This document shows positions 37,501 through 50,239 of a DNA stretch of 64,000 bases, piece after piece. The notes beneath the pieces were generated by a model, which ran no database searches, was not told the origin of the DNA, and worked only from the letters and a program-made list of their open reading frames with translations. Both the position numbers and the translations under genes were made by a program. Origin of the DNA: Haliotis cracherodii (Eukaryota); the NCBI RefSeq assembly GCF_022045235.1, contig NW_027266275.1, forward strand, positions 3,844,001 to 3,908,000, read 5' to 3'. Each line of letters begins with the position of its first letter. Positions within the stretch are counted from its first letter, which is position 1.

Positions 37501-40500
37501 TGTAGATGACAAGCTGGTTGTGTGTGTATCATGTAGATGACAAGCTGGTTGTGTGTGTATCATGTAGATGATAAGCCAGTTGTGTGTGTATCACGTAGAT
37601 GACAAGCCGGTTGTGTGTGTATCATGTAGATGATAAGCTGGTTGTGTGTGTATCATGTAGATGATAAGCCGGTTGTGTGTGTATCACGTAGATGACAAGC
37701 CGGTTGTATGTGTATCATGTAGATGACAAGCCGGTTGTGTGTGTATCACGTAGATGACAAGCTGGTTGTGTGTGTATAATGTAGATGACAAGCCGGTTGT
37801 GTGTGTATCACGTAGATGACAAGCCGGTTGTGTGTGTATCATGTAGATGACAAGCTGGTTGTGTGTGTATCATGTAGATGACAAGCCGGTTGTGTGTGTA
37901 TCATGTAGATGACAAGCCGGTTGTGTGTGTATCACATAGATGACAAGCCGGTAGTGTGTGTATCATGTAGATGACAAGCCGGTTGTGTGTGTATCATGTA
38001 GATGACAAGCCGGTTGTGTGTGTATCATGTAGATGACAAGCCGGCTGTGTGTGTATCACATAGATGACAAGCCAGTTGTGTGTGTATCACGTAGATGACA
38101 AGCCGGTTGTGTGTGTATCACGTAGATGACAAGCCGGTTGTGTGTGTATCATGTAGATGACAAGCCGGTTGTGTGTGTATCACATAGATGACAAGCTGGT
38201 TGTGTGTGTATCACATAGATGACAAGCCAGTTGTGTGTGTACCATGTAGATGACAAGCCGGTTGTGTGTGTATCATGTAGATGATAAGCTGGTTGTGTGT
38301 GTATCATATAGATGACAAGCCGGATGTGTGTGTATCATGTAGATGACAAGCTGGTTGTGTGTGTATCATGTAGATGACAAGCCGGTTGTGTGTGTACAGT
38401 GTATTACCATCAGCACATTCCCCAGCTCCAGACACAGAGATGCTGCCAGTGCCACCTGTTTGTTTTCAATGTGCACCTGCAAATAGTCAGTGGACCAACA
38501 GCATTGAACCAAGCCTGCAGCAGCATCACTACTACCCCTGAAAGGGCCACTAACAATGTGTAAACCAAAATGTACCCTACCCCCATTATAACCTTAGACC
38601 AAATTATTAGACCAAAATGCAAAAAAGAACTATTGAAGGATTACCGGGTATGGCAAAAGCCTCTTTTTATGTCCCATGCCAAATAATACACTGTAATACC
38701 TAAACACGTTTGTGTAAAGTGACTCAGACAGGAACCAGCAGTATCACTGGGCAATGTACAGTCATGCACTGTATTCTCGAGAAAGAACAACAACTGGCAT
38801 TAATAATATAGTTATCCTATTTTGATCATACTGGGTAAAAAGTTCATACTTATATATTGTTGTATATATGCTGTATATATGCTAATAATGAACTACAGTT
38901 ACTACAAACTAAATTAGTGGTCTCTTTGAGTTTGTTATAAGCGTAGTTGACTGTATTTCATCTGCTTACCCTGATGGCGTGCCCATAGCAGTTGATAGCA
39001 GCTGTGAGATGCTCCTCAAACCCAGGATACTTGAGCGACCTGTTGAAGAGTTCAGCTTCCAGGAACGACCTTGCTGCTTGTGTGAGAGCCTGGGCCTCCC
39101 CCGGAGCATTAGCCAGCGTGTGCTCACACCTAGGTAGCCATGGCAACAGTTCATAGGACACATTGGAATTAAACAAACTTTTACCTTGTGTTGTTGCTCC
39201 AAAAAAGAAGATATGATGCATACAAATAATATCTTGTTACTACAATAATATCACATTAAAGGTATGATCATAGTATTTAAGATTTGGTCATATTTTGCCT
39301 GAAAGAATATACAATCCTCCCTCCTCAATGTTAATAAATATACTACTCAAAGAAGTTATAGAACACCCCTTTCTTTCCTGTGACTTAAGTTAATCTCTCA
39401 TGTACATAACAGATTACCTATAGTTATATCTTTTGAGTAGTGGGGGCAAGGGTGGCCCACTTGTCTAAGGCGCCACGATTCGCTATGCAGAGTTGCATCC
39501 CTTGAGCACGCCAGAAACCTATGATTGTGGTTTCGAATCCCGGTTCGCCGATTATGTTTCTAGGTTTGTCAGTACCAAACCCATGCTTGTGGGTTTCTCA
39601 GAAGTTGTAAACATCTGAGACCTGCATCACTTCGGGCTTTCCTCCCACATTAAGCTGACACGCCGCTGTTAACTGGAATACTGTTAAAAGCGGTGTTAAA
39701 CCCAACTCACTCACTGACTCACTCACTCTTTTGAGTAGTATATATAGCTGATCATCTAACATTTCAGTTTGGGATTGTGTTCAGGTACCAGTGGCATAGC
39801 TTCTCTTACCTGGCCTGAGCTAAACAACAGAAGCCTGCATACTGAGGACACTCTTGCTGCTGCAAGGACTTGGCTAGACTCGCTGCAATGTAAACATCCA
39901 TGGTCAATAGAGGGATACTACTAAGTACTAGTTTGGTGAAACATTATCAACTTGAAGTCCTTGGACCATCGAAAATATAACAAGTGTTGATATTAGGTAA
40001 TATCCCAGATAAGGGACCGCCTTTGTGGTCTAGTGGTAGAGCATCTGGAAAGAGGAATGTACAGGGTTCGATCCCTGGCCATGTCATACCAAAAGATGTT
40101 AAAAGATGGTACTTGTCTAGCGCTCTGCATGAAGGGGCTAAAACAAGGACTGGTCAGTATAAAGTGTCTGAGAGGGGTATGGGGTACTATAAATCGGCAT
40201 CAGTCCAGACTAGCACAAGCAGCCACACACACATGTGCATGCACATCGCTATGTAAGTGCAATAATCTTGGACGCGACGTTAAAGCCCATTTCACCTCAC
40301 CTCAACTTTGTTACAAGGTACACTCAGGCCAATTGACAGCCCTAGCAAGTTTGATTTGTCATTCAAATCCCACTTTGTCTTCCAAATCAAATTTGATTCT
40401 GTATATCAATCTCACATTTAGAATTGTCCATAATTACAGAACACTGACAATGTCCCAAGTCCCATACAACATGTACAAGGCACTAATTACAACATCCACA

Positions 40501-41672
40501 TCTTGACTGGAAATGAACAACTGATTAGTCCCCCTAATTGAGTTTCAGTTAACAAGGCACAAATACATGCAATATGTGCAGTTCAAAAGTACTGCATGAC
40601 AAAAACATGACAAATCAATCATTTAACTAAAAAAAGACATTAATAACAAAATATTCATTCGTTCAGATTGCCATGATCACCAAATGACATCTGTTTACAA
40701 AACCATATTCAAAGAGGTTTTACCCTGTTGACAAAGACACATGAGTAAATGTGCTTAAGGGACCAAGCTAAACATAGCTAGCAAAATGTGTGGGCTCCAA
40801 AATCATCTGCTGAAGCTAAGCAAATTCCGAAATCTGAATAAGCACATGCACACAGGCCCCTGAAGCAGGATAGTGATATTACTGAAACACTGGACCCATA
40901 TATATATATACATAATGGTTTTATGTAACAGGTACTTCTTTTTAAAAACAATAAAAGAAAAAAACAACCAAAAACAAAAACCATCTACAGTTCCATAGTC
41001 AACGTCAATACTTTTGGTGACGTCACCATTTCTGACTTCCATAACACACCTTCTTAATTCTTAAACTTTAAACAAGTAATCTATTCAGGAATATATTATC
41101 ATGATTATGCTACATTCCCATGTACCTATAGTCAAAGCTGAAACAATAGTAGATCTAATAGAGATTTTCTTTTTACTCATCAGAAGGCAACATTACGCAA
41201 TCGTCTAGGAAGCTGAACGAAAAACATACGATCATTCCTCATTTACCATGTTAACACTCTAAATTGCAAAGCAAACATCTAGATCTACTCTGAACCTATC
41301 ACTGTCACTCATTTGACTACAAAACACTTGTAGATAGAGAGAAAGACGAGATGCTTACCAAACTGCTCACTGCCCTCGGATACATTTGGTTTCTTGAGAA
41401 ACCTCCTGCAAGAGAGGAAATTTCATAGATGATGCGCGTATGCTTAGGACCTTTACAGGCATATGTAACGAACATACAAGCACTTGTTAAAGAATTGATT
41501 CCAGAAAATATATTATTAACGTTTACCGCTGTGAACAGCCCAAACCTTAACCACAATATCCAGATTCAAAACTCAATCGCGGACTAAAACGGTCCTCTGT
41601 TTGTCAAACATACTTTCTCAACTTGTTGGTGACAGCGCGATATTTACTGAGAACATCGTTATCCTTGTCCAT
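31551..41672 (-). CDS. F8A1: 40-kDa huntingtin-associated protein (HAP40), 316 aa, 12 coding exons
   Basis: Exons 41672-41614, 41405-41359, 39882-39810, 39129-38970, 38476-38408, 35692-35630, 35067-35010, 34467-34405, 33682-33591, 32536-32455, 32218-32172, 31688-31551 (951 nt, phases match). Motifs KYRAVTNKLRKRFLKKPNVSE, ECPQYAGFCCLAQARCE, CEVTRVLLLMLLQP, LFLLLQSVVMA, EQNQILHLV. Confidence 0.93.
32572..33050. mobile_element. Longer copy of the tagtctctg...cagacta repeat, containing a (GGGCA)n tract at about 32778-32822
   Basis: Termini shared with 14422-14588. The internal gggca pentamer run could form a G-quadruplex. Confidence 0.55.
33345..33560 (+). mobile_element. SINE family A copy (opposite orientation)
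   Basis: Reverse-complement match to 12522-12750. Confidence 0.7.
34100..34272 (-). mobile_element. SINE family A copy
   Basis: Matches 12522-12750. Confidence 0.75.
34478..34771. repeat. 48-bp minisatellite (~6 units) abutting the HAP40 exon 8 acceptor
   Basis: catagtgatggcacc recurs every 48 nt (34501, 34549 ... 34741). Confidence 0.95.
35849..36437. repeat. 31-bp minisatellite CCTCAGCTTTACATCATGTGTGTGATGTGTT (~19 units)
   Basis: Directly visible, in HAP40 intron 5. Confidence 0.95.
36946..38396. repeat. 31-bp minisatellite AGATGACAAGCCGGTTGTGTGTGTATCATGT (~47 units)
   Basis: Directly visible. Ends about 11 nt from the HAP40 exon 5 donor junction. Confidence 0.95.
39341..39441. mobile_element. 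Small Tc1-type MITE (tactactcaaaagaagtta TIR family)
   Basis: Same TIR family at 50700-50825, about 45017-45145 and about 57345-57382. Confidence 0.65.
39442..39727 (+). mobile_element. SINE family C copy with ~13-bp TSD (tcttttgagtagt)
   Basis: Matches 20863-21143. The duplicated target is the MITE TIR. Confidence 0.85.
40015..40304 (+). mobile_element. SINE family B copy
   Basis: Matches 5975-6334. Confidence 0.8.
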
Positions 41673-43412
41673 GTTGACATAAACCGGAAGCAGACCAAGG
41701 GAAGTAACTCAAAGTAAAGCGACGCAAAGCCACGCCCACTTTCCCGACCAACTCACAAGACTATTTGCTGCGATTGAGAAGATATGGAAAATATTTTATC
41801 TCAACAATCCACGAATCGGATGCTGCATGCAGGAAGCCAAAAATATTGTGGCCGCATATTCTATTCATTATTTTTAGATTCTTGAATTTTATAAACAATT
41901 ATTATCTAACATTATTTTCGAGACAGCCCAAAATGGCCTATGTAGAGTATTTGGGAAAGACTTCCGCCCGTGTCCCTTCTCCAAAAGTTATATATCTTCA
42001 CATATATCGTTTTTCTTCCAACTATATATATTTTGTAGGGGAATACCGGCGGACGTCTTACCAGTATTTGCAAAACACTTTTTTTTTCTGGGAAACAAGT
42101 GTTTTTCCCTTCTGGTCGTGAGTGATCTGATAAGTCGTGAAACAGTGACTGTTGATCTGAAAAATGTATTTGTAGGCTACTGTGGTGTATATATCTGCCA
42201 ATTCACTCCATCCATACTGGAAAGTCTATCTTCAAATTTCTCAGAATCAACTTTGATGTGTAGGTTTAACCGTACGTGCAGTTATTCATCTAAACCATTA
42301 GCTGAACGTGCCTTTAAAACCTGGAAAAAAACTGTCATATCTTCTCCAGTGGAAACTGCATTAATAAAAAAGTACAAACAATGATTGAGTAAATACATGT
42401 TTATTCTTAGTGAAAAACACATTCATGAACATTCACATCTAGATGATAAGGCTGCGATGAAATTATATCAATAAGAATCAATTCTAAATAAACAATATTC
42501 AACATATTTCATCAGATGGACAGTACTTCAAAACAGATAATTCATTTAATCAAATTCATGTAAATACAATTCATACAACATTTAGATCCTCTACAGCATA
42601 AATATCATTATGCAACATCAAATATTGAAAAATACAAATGGCATCACTTCTCTAAGTTAATATCGGCAATTAACAATTTAAAAGAAGCTAATCCAAGCAA
42701 AAGTGTAATAAAATATAGCTGTTCTTAAACTATACTAAAAAAATAAAAGCAACAAATATTGTACACTATTCAAATGTTTGCCCATTGCAACATGTTATTT
42801 TTCATAATTTTTGTAAAAGAAATTTACAAGATCAAATACATAATTCAGAATTATTCATTACATGTAATTATACACCACAGTGTATACAAAAAGAGACAAA
42901 AATAAACCCATACAGTGGAATCCTCTGAACCAAACTTAACTTCCAGTTAAGTATACTTAATAGTCACATTCCAGCAAGAGTAACATCCCTTATTTTTTTA
43001 TTAAAACTAACATCTGAATCTGCTGGCCAAAAATATAAATTGACTTGGCTGTATAAGTTATGTGTTTTTAAATATCCTCAAAAGGGTACTGCTGTGAATT
43101 CATTCATTAGAGCATCAAAAATATTGTAAACTAAGCGGTACAAGGAATCAATGTATGTCTCCGGCCTGAAGACTTTTACACTCCTAATTCCAGACATAAT
43201 TTGCAGGAGTAAACATCGTTTAACCATGTAATCTGTGCACCCTCATTCAGAACAGTTTTCACAGAACACATTACAGACACTGATGGGCTAAAGTTATTAA
43301 ATCAATAGAACTCCCAGGTCTACTCTGACAACTAAATAGGTTTCATCTGATTCTGTAGACTGTGCACTATGTTCAAACATCAACTGTTGCGAACCATGGA
43401 CAATTCAACTTA

Positions 43413-43576
43413 CAGTAAACTACGGTTATAACGAACACGCTTATAACGAACTGACGATCATTCTTTGGTCCCGACTATTTGCTGTAGTTATGCTGTATAT
43501 ATGCTTATAGCGAACTACGGTTATAACGAACTAAAATTAGTAGTCCTTTTGAGTTCGTTATAACCGTACTTTACTG
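43413..43576. mobile_element. pogo/Tigger-like MITE with TA TSD
   Basis: TA|cagtaaactacggttataacgaac ... gttcgttataaccgtactttactg|TA. A decayed relative lies at about 38820-38955. Confidence 0.85.
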
Positions 43577-46500
43577 TACATCCTAAATACTTATGACTTC
43601 TTTTATTTAAACTGTCAACTTATTATGCGAAATCCTCTCCTTTTCACCGACAAATGAAGGGTGGATATGTCAGTTTACCCACCTGGGATACAAACTCTGA
43701 AACATCTGATGGTCAAACCACTGACTTTACCGCTCGGCCAGCAAGGATGAATGGATGATATTGCACTTGGAAACTATTGATATTTTGAGACTGTTTTTGT
43801 GAATATTATATGTCTGTTACAGATACTTTTGTAAGCTGTGATAGGAAAAACATCTACTATACAAACAGGCTCAACAGACCAAATGCGCTTGCAATGAACG
43901 ACTCAAACAATGTACTACACTGACTAGTTCACTTTGTTAAGGCTCATAGTTGAAAGTTAGTCAGGCTTAGAACGTTTTGACCAGCCCTGGTAAATGTTAT
44001 ATAAGTGAGACAAAACCTCTACTGTCCTCTGTGCATCAGCCAACACACCAACAATTTTGTTTGTGTAAACATAGAGCCACATAGATCGGAATTCTGTGAG
44101 CAAGTATTAGAGACATTATAGCTGAGATGATTTTGAAGGATTGCAGCACCAGAGGCCTTGTAGTTTCAGGGGGGATGTCAAATTGCCGAAACACTCGAGA
44201 AACGGATACATGAAAGTCAGAGGTTATAGTTTGCTATAATGAAATATCAAAATATGCCCCAAAACATATTTTATGATATGCTGCCTACAAAATACTTGCA
44301 GCATTTCAAATTTCATAATGATACATGAAGGAATGGCTGAGAAACAGGCAAAAATGATATTTTCAATATGGCCACCAAGGCAGCTATGTTTGATGTAAGA
44401 TCAGAGTTTTGTGAAAAGTAGGAGTGTATAATGCTTAACATATATTGGGTGGTCTCAATTAGGAATAAATAAGGTTAACTGTAACCTGTTTGATAATAAA
44501 CTTTTGTGAAATTGCTCTGGTTTTGATGGAAGCTATAATAAGTCCGGTTCGGAGAGATTCCATTGTACTTGGTACTCAAGTCTCAGCCAAGCACAGGAAG
44601 CTACACATACTAATATTTGGTATTGATGATCAAAGTGAAATAAAATTTCATGTTCGGTTAATCAATCACTCAATCAAACTCTCTCAATATTGGCATTAAC
44701 CATTTCATATAATACACTGGGTGTTCATATATATATCTATATATATATATATATATATATACATCTGTAAATAAATATATAACAGTGATAAAATATAGGC
44801 ACGATTGTATTCACAGTGGTCCGCGATGGATGGATGTTGGCAATAGAGCATCACAAGAGGAAAATACATTTGTCAGAATGTCTCTACACATCATTTTGGC
44901 TTAAAAAAAGCCATCATATCAACATTAATACATTTTCACACAATTGTAGTTTCAATGTGGGAGTCAAGCAATAGTTGCTCAGTGTAATACTGCTCTAAAC
45001 AGTATTTCATGTTAAATACTCAAAAGAAGTTAAATTCTTTCATATTACTACAGTTAGGTAATCTGCCATGCCATGATTAGCGAGACCAAGATTAACTACA
45101 GTAATATGAAAGAATTGGGTGTTCTTTAACTTGTTTGGAGTAGTACACATCAAGGCGTGTCAGCTTAATGTGGAAGAAAAACACACAGTATTTCAGGGTG
45201 TAGACGTTTACCCATAACAACGAAGCTTTATAACGGCTTGATGATTGTCATAACTCCCCCTTAACACCGAGTGATGATGCATGCAGGGCAAGGACTGCGT
45301 GGTCAATAAGCCCTGGTTGTGTCTCAGCATCTGAGTATCACCATTGACTACTAGTTTGTCCTTTGGCTATTTTGAGAACAAATACTGTAAATTCTTGAAA
45401 TGAATGTGTCTCCAAATGAATGTGACTGCTGGCCCCTAGCCAAAAATGCAACTCAATGTGAATGCTACTCCTTACCTTAATCCATGTGATGTGGATTATA
45501 CAGAGTTTTTATGTCCAAGTTGGTATTTCTGCTATCCAAAATGTGTAGTAAGGCTGTCTTATTTATTGTTGATAATATTGAGTCATTTTGAGATATATTC
45601 AAATGCGATGTTTAATCAATGCGAGCAAAGACCACTCACATTTTTCGCATTTAATTCACGCCTGCATTTATTTCAAGATTTACAGTACATCTGATGAGTT
45701 TATGTAACATACACAGACACAGACATGATTACCAGCAGCAGTCAAACACCGGACTCGCCTTTAGATGAGTGGGGCCTCAGGTCTGCTACGTAGTCACCCC
45801 ATCAAACATCCAGTGTGACCTGTCCCCACATGATACTCCGTACATACAACCCTCAATGACTGACATACTTAACAGCAGTACAGTGAATCAGAAGACCCTG
45901 CTGAGGCAAGTGTTCCCTAGCTATGAAAACTGAAGTTAATATCACTCAGAACTGTAATAATCACAAAATGTAGACATGTTCGCCAAGATCTACACATATT
46001 CTACTGCCTAAAAAGAAGACAACACAAGCTGCATGACTAACACCATCCCGTAATGTCTACTACAGTCAGGCCATCAGGTTCTGTAGCTCACCTGCAGGTG
46101 ATGATATTTGATTCTTTATGAGACTAAAAATAACATTCTCAAACAAGAGCAAAAGTGAGCGTGGCTCACTAATACCCCGACCCGCCTAGTGTGTCAATAG
46201 TTTCAAATCAAATAGCTAGGATAGGGTTAGGGTTTCAAAAAATCAATAATCAATAATGTAATGAGTTTGAGATGAATCCACTGAATAGTTTAAGAGAAAT
46301 CGTGCGGACAAAGTTTTCAGACGGACGTTAGGGTTTGAAAAATTCATAAAACAATGGAAAATTAATAAAAACAATTTTTTTCTTTTGACTGAACCCCTCC
46401 ATATGACACAAAGATTATATGTACTAAGTTTTAGATGAATCCACAGAATAGTTTAAGAAAAATCGTGAGGACAAAGTATTCGGACGGACAGAACCTTGGT

Positions 46501-47795
46501 ATAACTACATACCCCCGACCTTTGAAGCTCATAAACATGAGTATATTACAAAATATTATGTTTCTACATAATAACAGTTTTAACACGGTCCCCCCAAACA
46601 AAATATCAAACTTCACACTGATACCTGAATAAGTGGCAGAAATATGTGCAAAAAGTGTCATGTGTTAAAATACAGATGTGTCAATACAACAATGGCAACT
46701 TGACTTTGGCTGCCCAAGTGCCATACTTAAAATCAAATAAGAGTATGCCTGGGCATCAATATCGATAGTCTCAGCACATCTGAAGTTGTGTCTTCCGTGG
46801 AGATGTAAATCATGTGGAAGAGTACAATGGATGGACGATGGATGACACAGCACCAAGACATACACTCATATTAATCAAGCGTTCAGGCGAGTCCAAAACT
46901 AACTATCTTTTACTACGCATAATGGTAATATATTCTTAATCACATCAAAAGAAATATTGAATATGAATAATTTTAAGTTTGTATAAAATGTTATTTGCTG
47001 AACAGGTTGAACATACAAACAAATGCTGATACTTAGTGAGAAACAGGCTCACATAGGCTAGACATACACCTTTTATATCTCATGGAAAGTAAAACAAATA
47101 AACCAATAAAAAAAGCTTAAAATATTATGAAAATATGCAAAAAAACTAACTCTATTGAAAATTGATGGTTTAATATACTTTTCTTAATATCTTCAACATT
47201 TGGCAATGAAGTCAATACATAATTCAGCAGCCTAGCAAACTTTGGCTCCACATGGATAAGTCAACATTACCCTAGGAAATGTACAAAACAATAATTTTAT
47301 GCCTCACAGTCGTTCTCACCACCGAGTTACACAGACAGGATGGGACTTGAGGACACCAACAACTCTCCCATGGTTTGAAATGATGTCATGAATACTCTGA
47401 TCGTTGTCATAGTTTCATAGTTGAATATGTAAACTAATCATACTCAGAGCTATTGTCATAAAAACTATGTGGATACTTGCATGAATTTGTTTAGCTCGGA
47501 ATTTACCCATCAGTGACACAAACAAAGAATAAAACTGGACCTAAAATAATTGAAAATTCAGAAGAAGAAAAATCAGAAGAAGAAAAATCAGAATAAGAAC
47601 GTTTTTATCACAGTGCCGATGGTAATTATATATGAGTCAGGCTATAGGTCCAAATCTTTCACTATCAATATCCGTAACCACCCACCAAAAAAATATTGAA
47701 TTGTCTGCGCAAGTTGATCTTAAATACGTTTTTCACAGTATTTAAGTTAAGTTGTCATGTGAGAAGAAACCCCATAATGATGCAGTTGTTGACCA

Positions 47796-47906
47796 GGGTG
47801 CCGTTGAACAAAACAACCTTAACGCTACGACTGTAGTAAGTCTATATTAAGGTATGGGAGATACGATCACATTAAGGCTAAGATTGCTTTGTACAACGAC
47901 ACCCAG
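47796..47906. mobile_element. Small palindromic MITE, PIF/Harbinger-like
   Basis: cag|ggtgccgttgaacaaa ... tttgtacaacgacacc|cag: imperfect TIR with a 3-bp direct repeat. Confidence 0.55.
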
Positions 47907-48484
47907 GTCTAAACCAAGGAGCACAGGTACCATGCCAACACCTGGCTTAAACCCAGGATCACAGGAACTATGATGACAGACCAAAGATTATAATCTTGGA
48001 TTTCGATGTAGGAGCAAATATTAAAAAATTGAACTACCATTGATCGTTCCAGGTTGCCATATATTTTTTGTCCAAAATCAGTCCAGTTCATCAGCTCATC
48101 TCAAACGCAAACTTTCCAGTCACTTTCTCCACAACACAACAACCATCCTCGATTATCCAGTCCATCATATATCCATTCAATTATGAAACATACTACTGTA
48201 AGCACTGTCCTCGTCAAATGATGCCACACTAAAAACAGACGTCCGATCACAGCACCCTTGTTTACTGGCTGACACAAGCTGTAATATCACCAGCACTCAA
48301 TGCAACCAGAACATCTTGTAGCATCTGGACATGAAACCCTCTCAACACTCTTAATTATCTCAAAGATAATTTATAACGGTCTTCTGACTCAAATATCAAT
48401 ATCGGGTGCTTGCTACGTCCTGAAATGTAGTTGTATGCCCAACTTGTGTTCAGAAGAGACGTCTTGATTGGCTGTTGTGCCACA

Positions 48485-48778
48485 GACCATGTTTGTGGTC
48501 TAGTGGTAGAATGTCTGCTCGGAGAGTGGACGGTCAGGGATCTTGATCACTGGCCACTTCATACCAAAAGATGTTAAAAGATGACGATCAGCATGAAGGG
48601 GCTAAAACAAGGACTGGTCAGCTCAGTCAGTATACTGCGTCTGAGTGGGGCATTCATGTCAAACTGCAGCATGGTATCTCAGTGGGCGGGCACCATAAAC
48701 ATCGGCATTAGTCCGGACAAGTACAAGCAGCCACACAAACACATGCATGCACGTCGCTATATAAGTGTACCAATCTTA
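48485..48778 (+). mobile_element. SINE family B copy
   Basis: Matches 5975-6334. Confidence 0.75.
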
Positions 48779-49331
48779 CACATAAAAGCTATGAATGATG
48801 CTGAATGGGTACAGGGTACATATCATAACAGAATGGAGATTCAGTACACTGTATAAACAAAGATTGAGGTTATCTTTCCACACTGCAGAACATTATATCA
48901 CAAGAGGACATCTCCCTCTGTTTCAGTGCTGAGTCTTCTTGAACCCTTGTGTATGGTTTTGAGAAATATGCTGGCTCCTCGTCTGCTTATAATGTGTGAA
49001 AGTTGCATAAAGAAATAAACAATTGTTTTTGCTCTCTGGAATGAATTGCATTTAAACTGAATCTGAGACCAACTTGATTCTTGATTATAACAAAGTAACA
49101 TACTGTAACACATCTCTCACAAGCTAAAGGCACCACTCCACCACTAGATTGATATGTTGTAGAAATTGAACACACTGTGGGAGATTAACTAACCGTATGA
49201 CAATCAGCAAACATAAGTGCAATATCTAAACAAGACATGGATTCTGAAAATATCATAATGACCAGAATAACACAAATATGAGGATATAGGTTGACAACAT
49301 ATTGATTAAACAAAGGGGAAGTTGCTTTGGG

Positions 49332-49614
49332 TGTGGAGAGGCATTTCTTTGTCCGAGTGTTGGATTCAAGAGGTTTGCAGTATAAAGAGGTTAAGCTTTA
49401 TGGGTGACGTACACGACAGCACAACTGCTGTAACTGACTCCTGCATACATCAGCCCTAACACAGCACTACTGTAAGGAAGCCGGCCATTGCTCATTCAAT
49501 CAACCAATGTTAGCTGCATTCTCATTGGTCCTCCCAGGGCCGTGCTAGCCAACAGCTGTACATCTTACATGCTCACTCCATCTAGAATAAACTATATATC
49601 TTATTTACACAACA
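49332..49614 (+). mobile_element. Possible solo LTR
   Basis: TGT...ACA termini, internal tataaa and aataaa, flanks ttggg/ttagg (4/5 TSD match). Single copy in this window. Confidence 0.4.
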
Positions 49615-50239
49615 TTAGGATTTGTCAAACAAATGTTTGTGTTATTGTGAGTTTCTAACAGGAATGTAAGTGTAGGGCTGTCACTAAACTTGAAATGTTG
49701 CCATCCATACATCGCCTGAAAACTTTAACTACAAATTGCTACCTAAGAGACAGAAGTTCCAACATATGTAAAAATCTTGGGAGCAAGTTGTTGAAATCCT
49801 CATTGATTGGTCAAGATAGATATTTACGTCATTTACCATATTTCCTAGATTTGCTTGCATTTACAAACATTTTTGAAGTGACCTACCAGTGCACCTAATT
49901 CTTTAAAAATGTTCGATGTTCAGGTGAAATAATAATAAAAATATTTTTACAAGTAGAACTTTAGTGTTCCCACATTGTATTGTCACTCAATATTTGAAAG
50001 TCAATGACAGCCCTATGAATCTGTCGTATTCAACAATAAAATAATGGGATATTCAGATAACGAAAATGTATAAGAGGTATCATCTAGAAGATTTCTCCCT
50101 GCTGTAATATACATGCATCTATATAGTCTATGTATTTGGCTGACAGCGAAGGTGGAAAGTAGATCTCAAATGTGGTTGTTTGTTAAGGCATGTACCATTC
50201 TGATTCCACTGCTACATGTTTGTTGACACCAGGTCTTGT

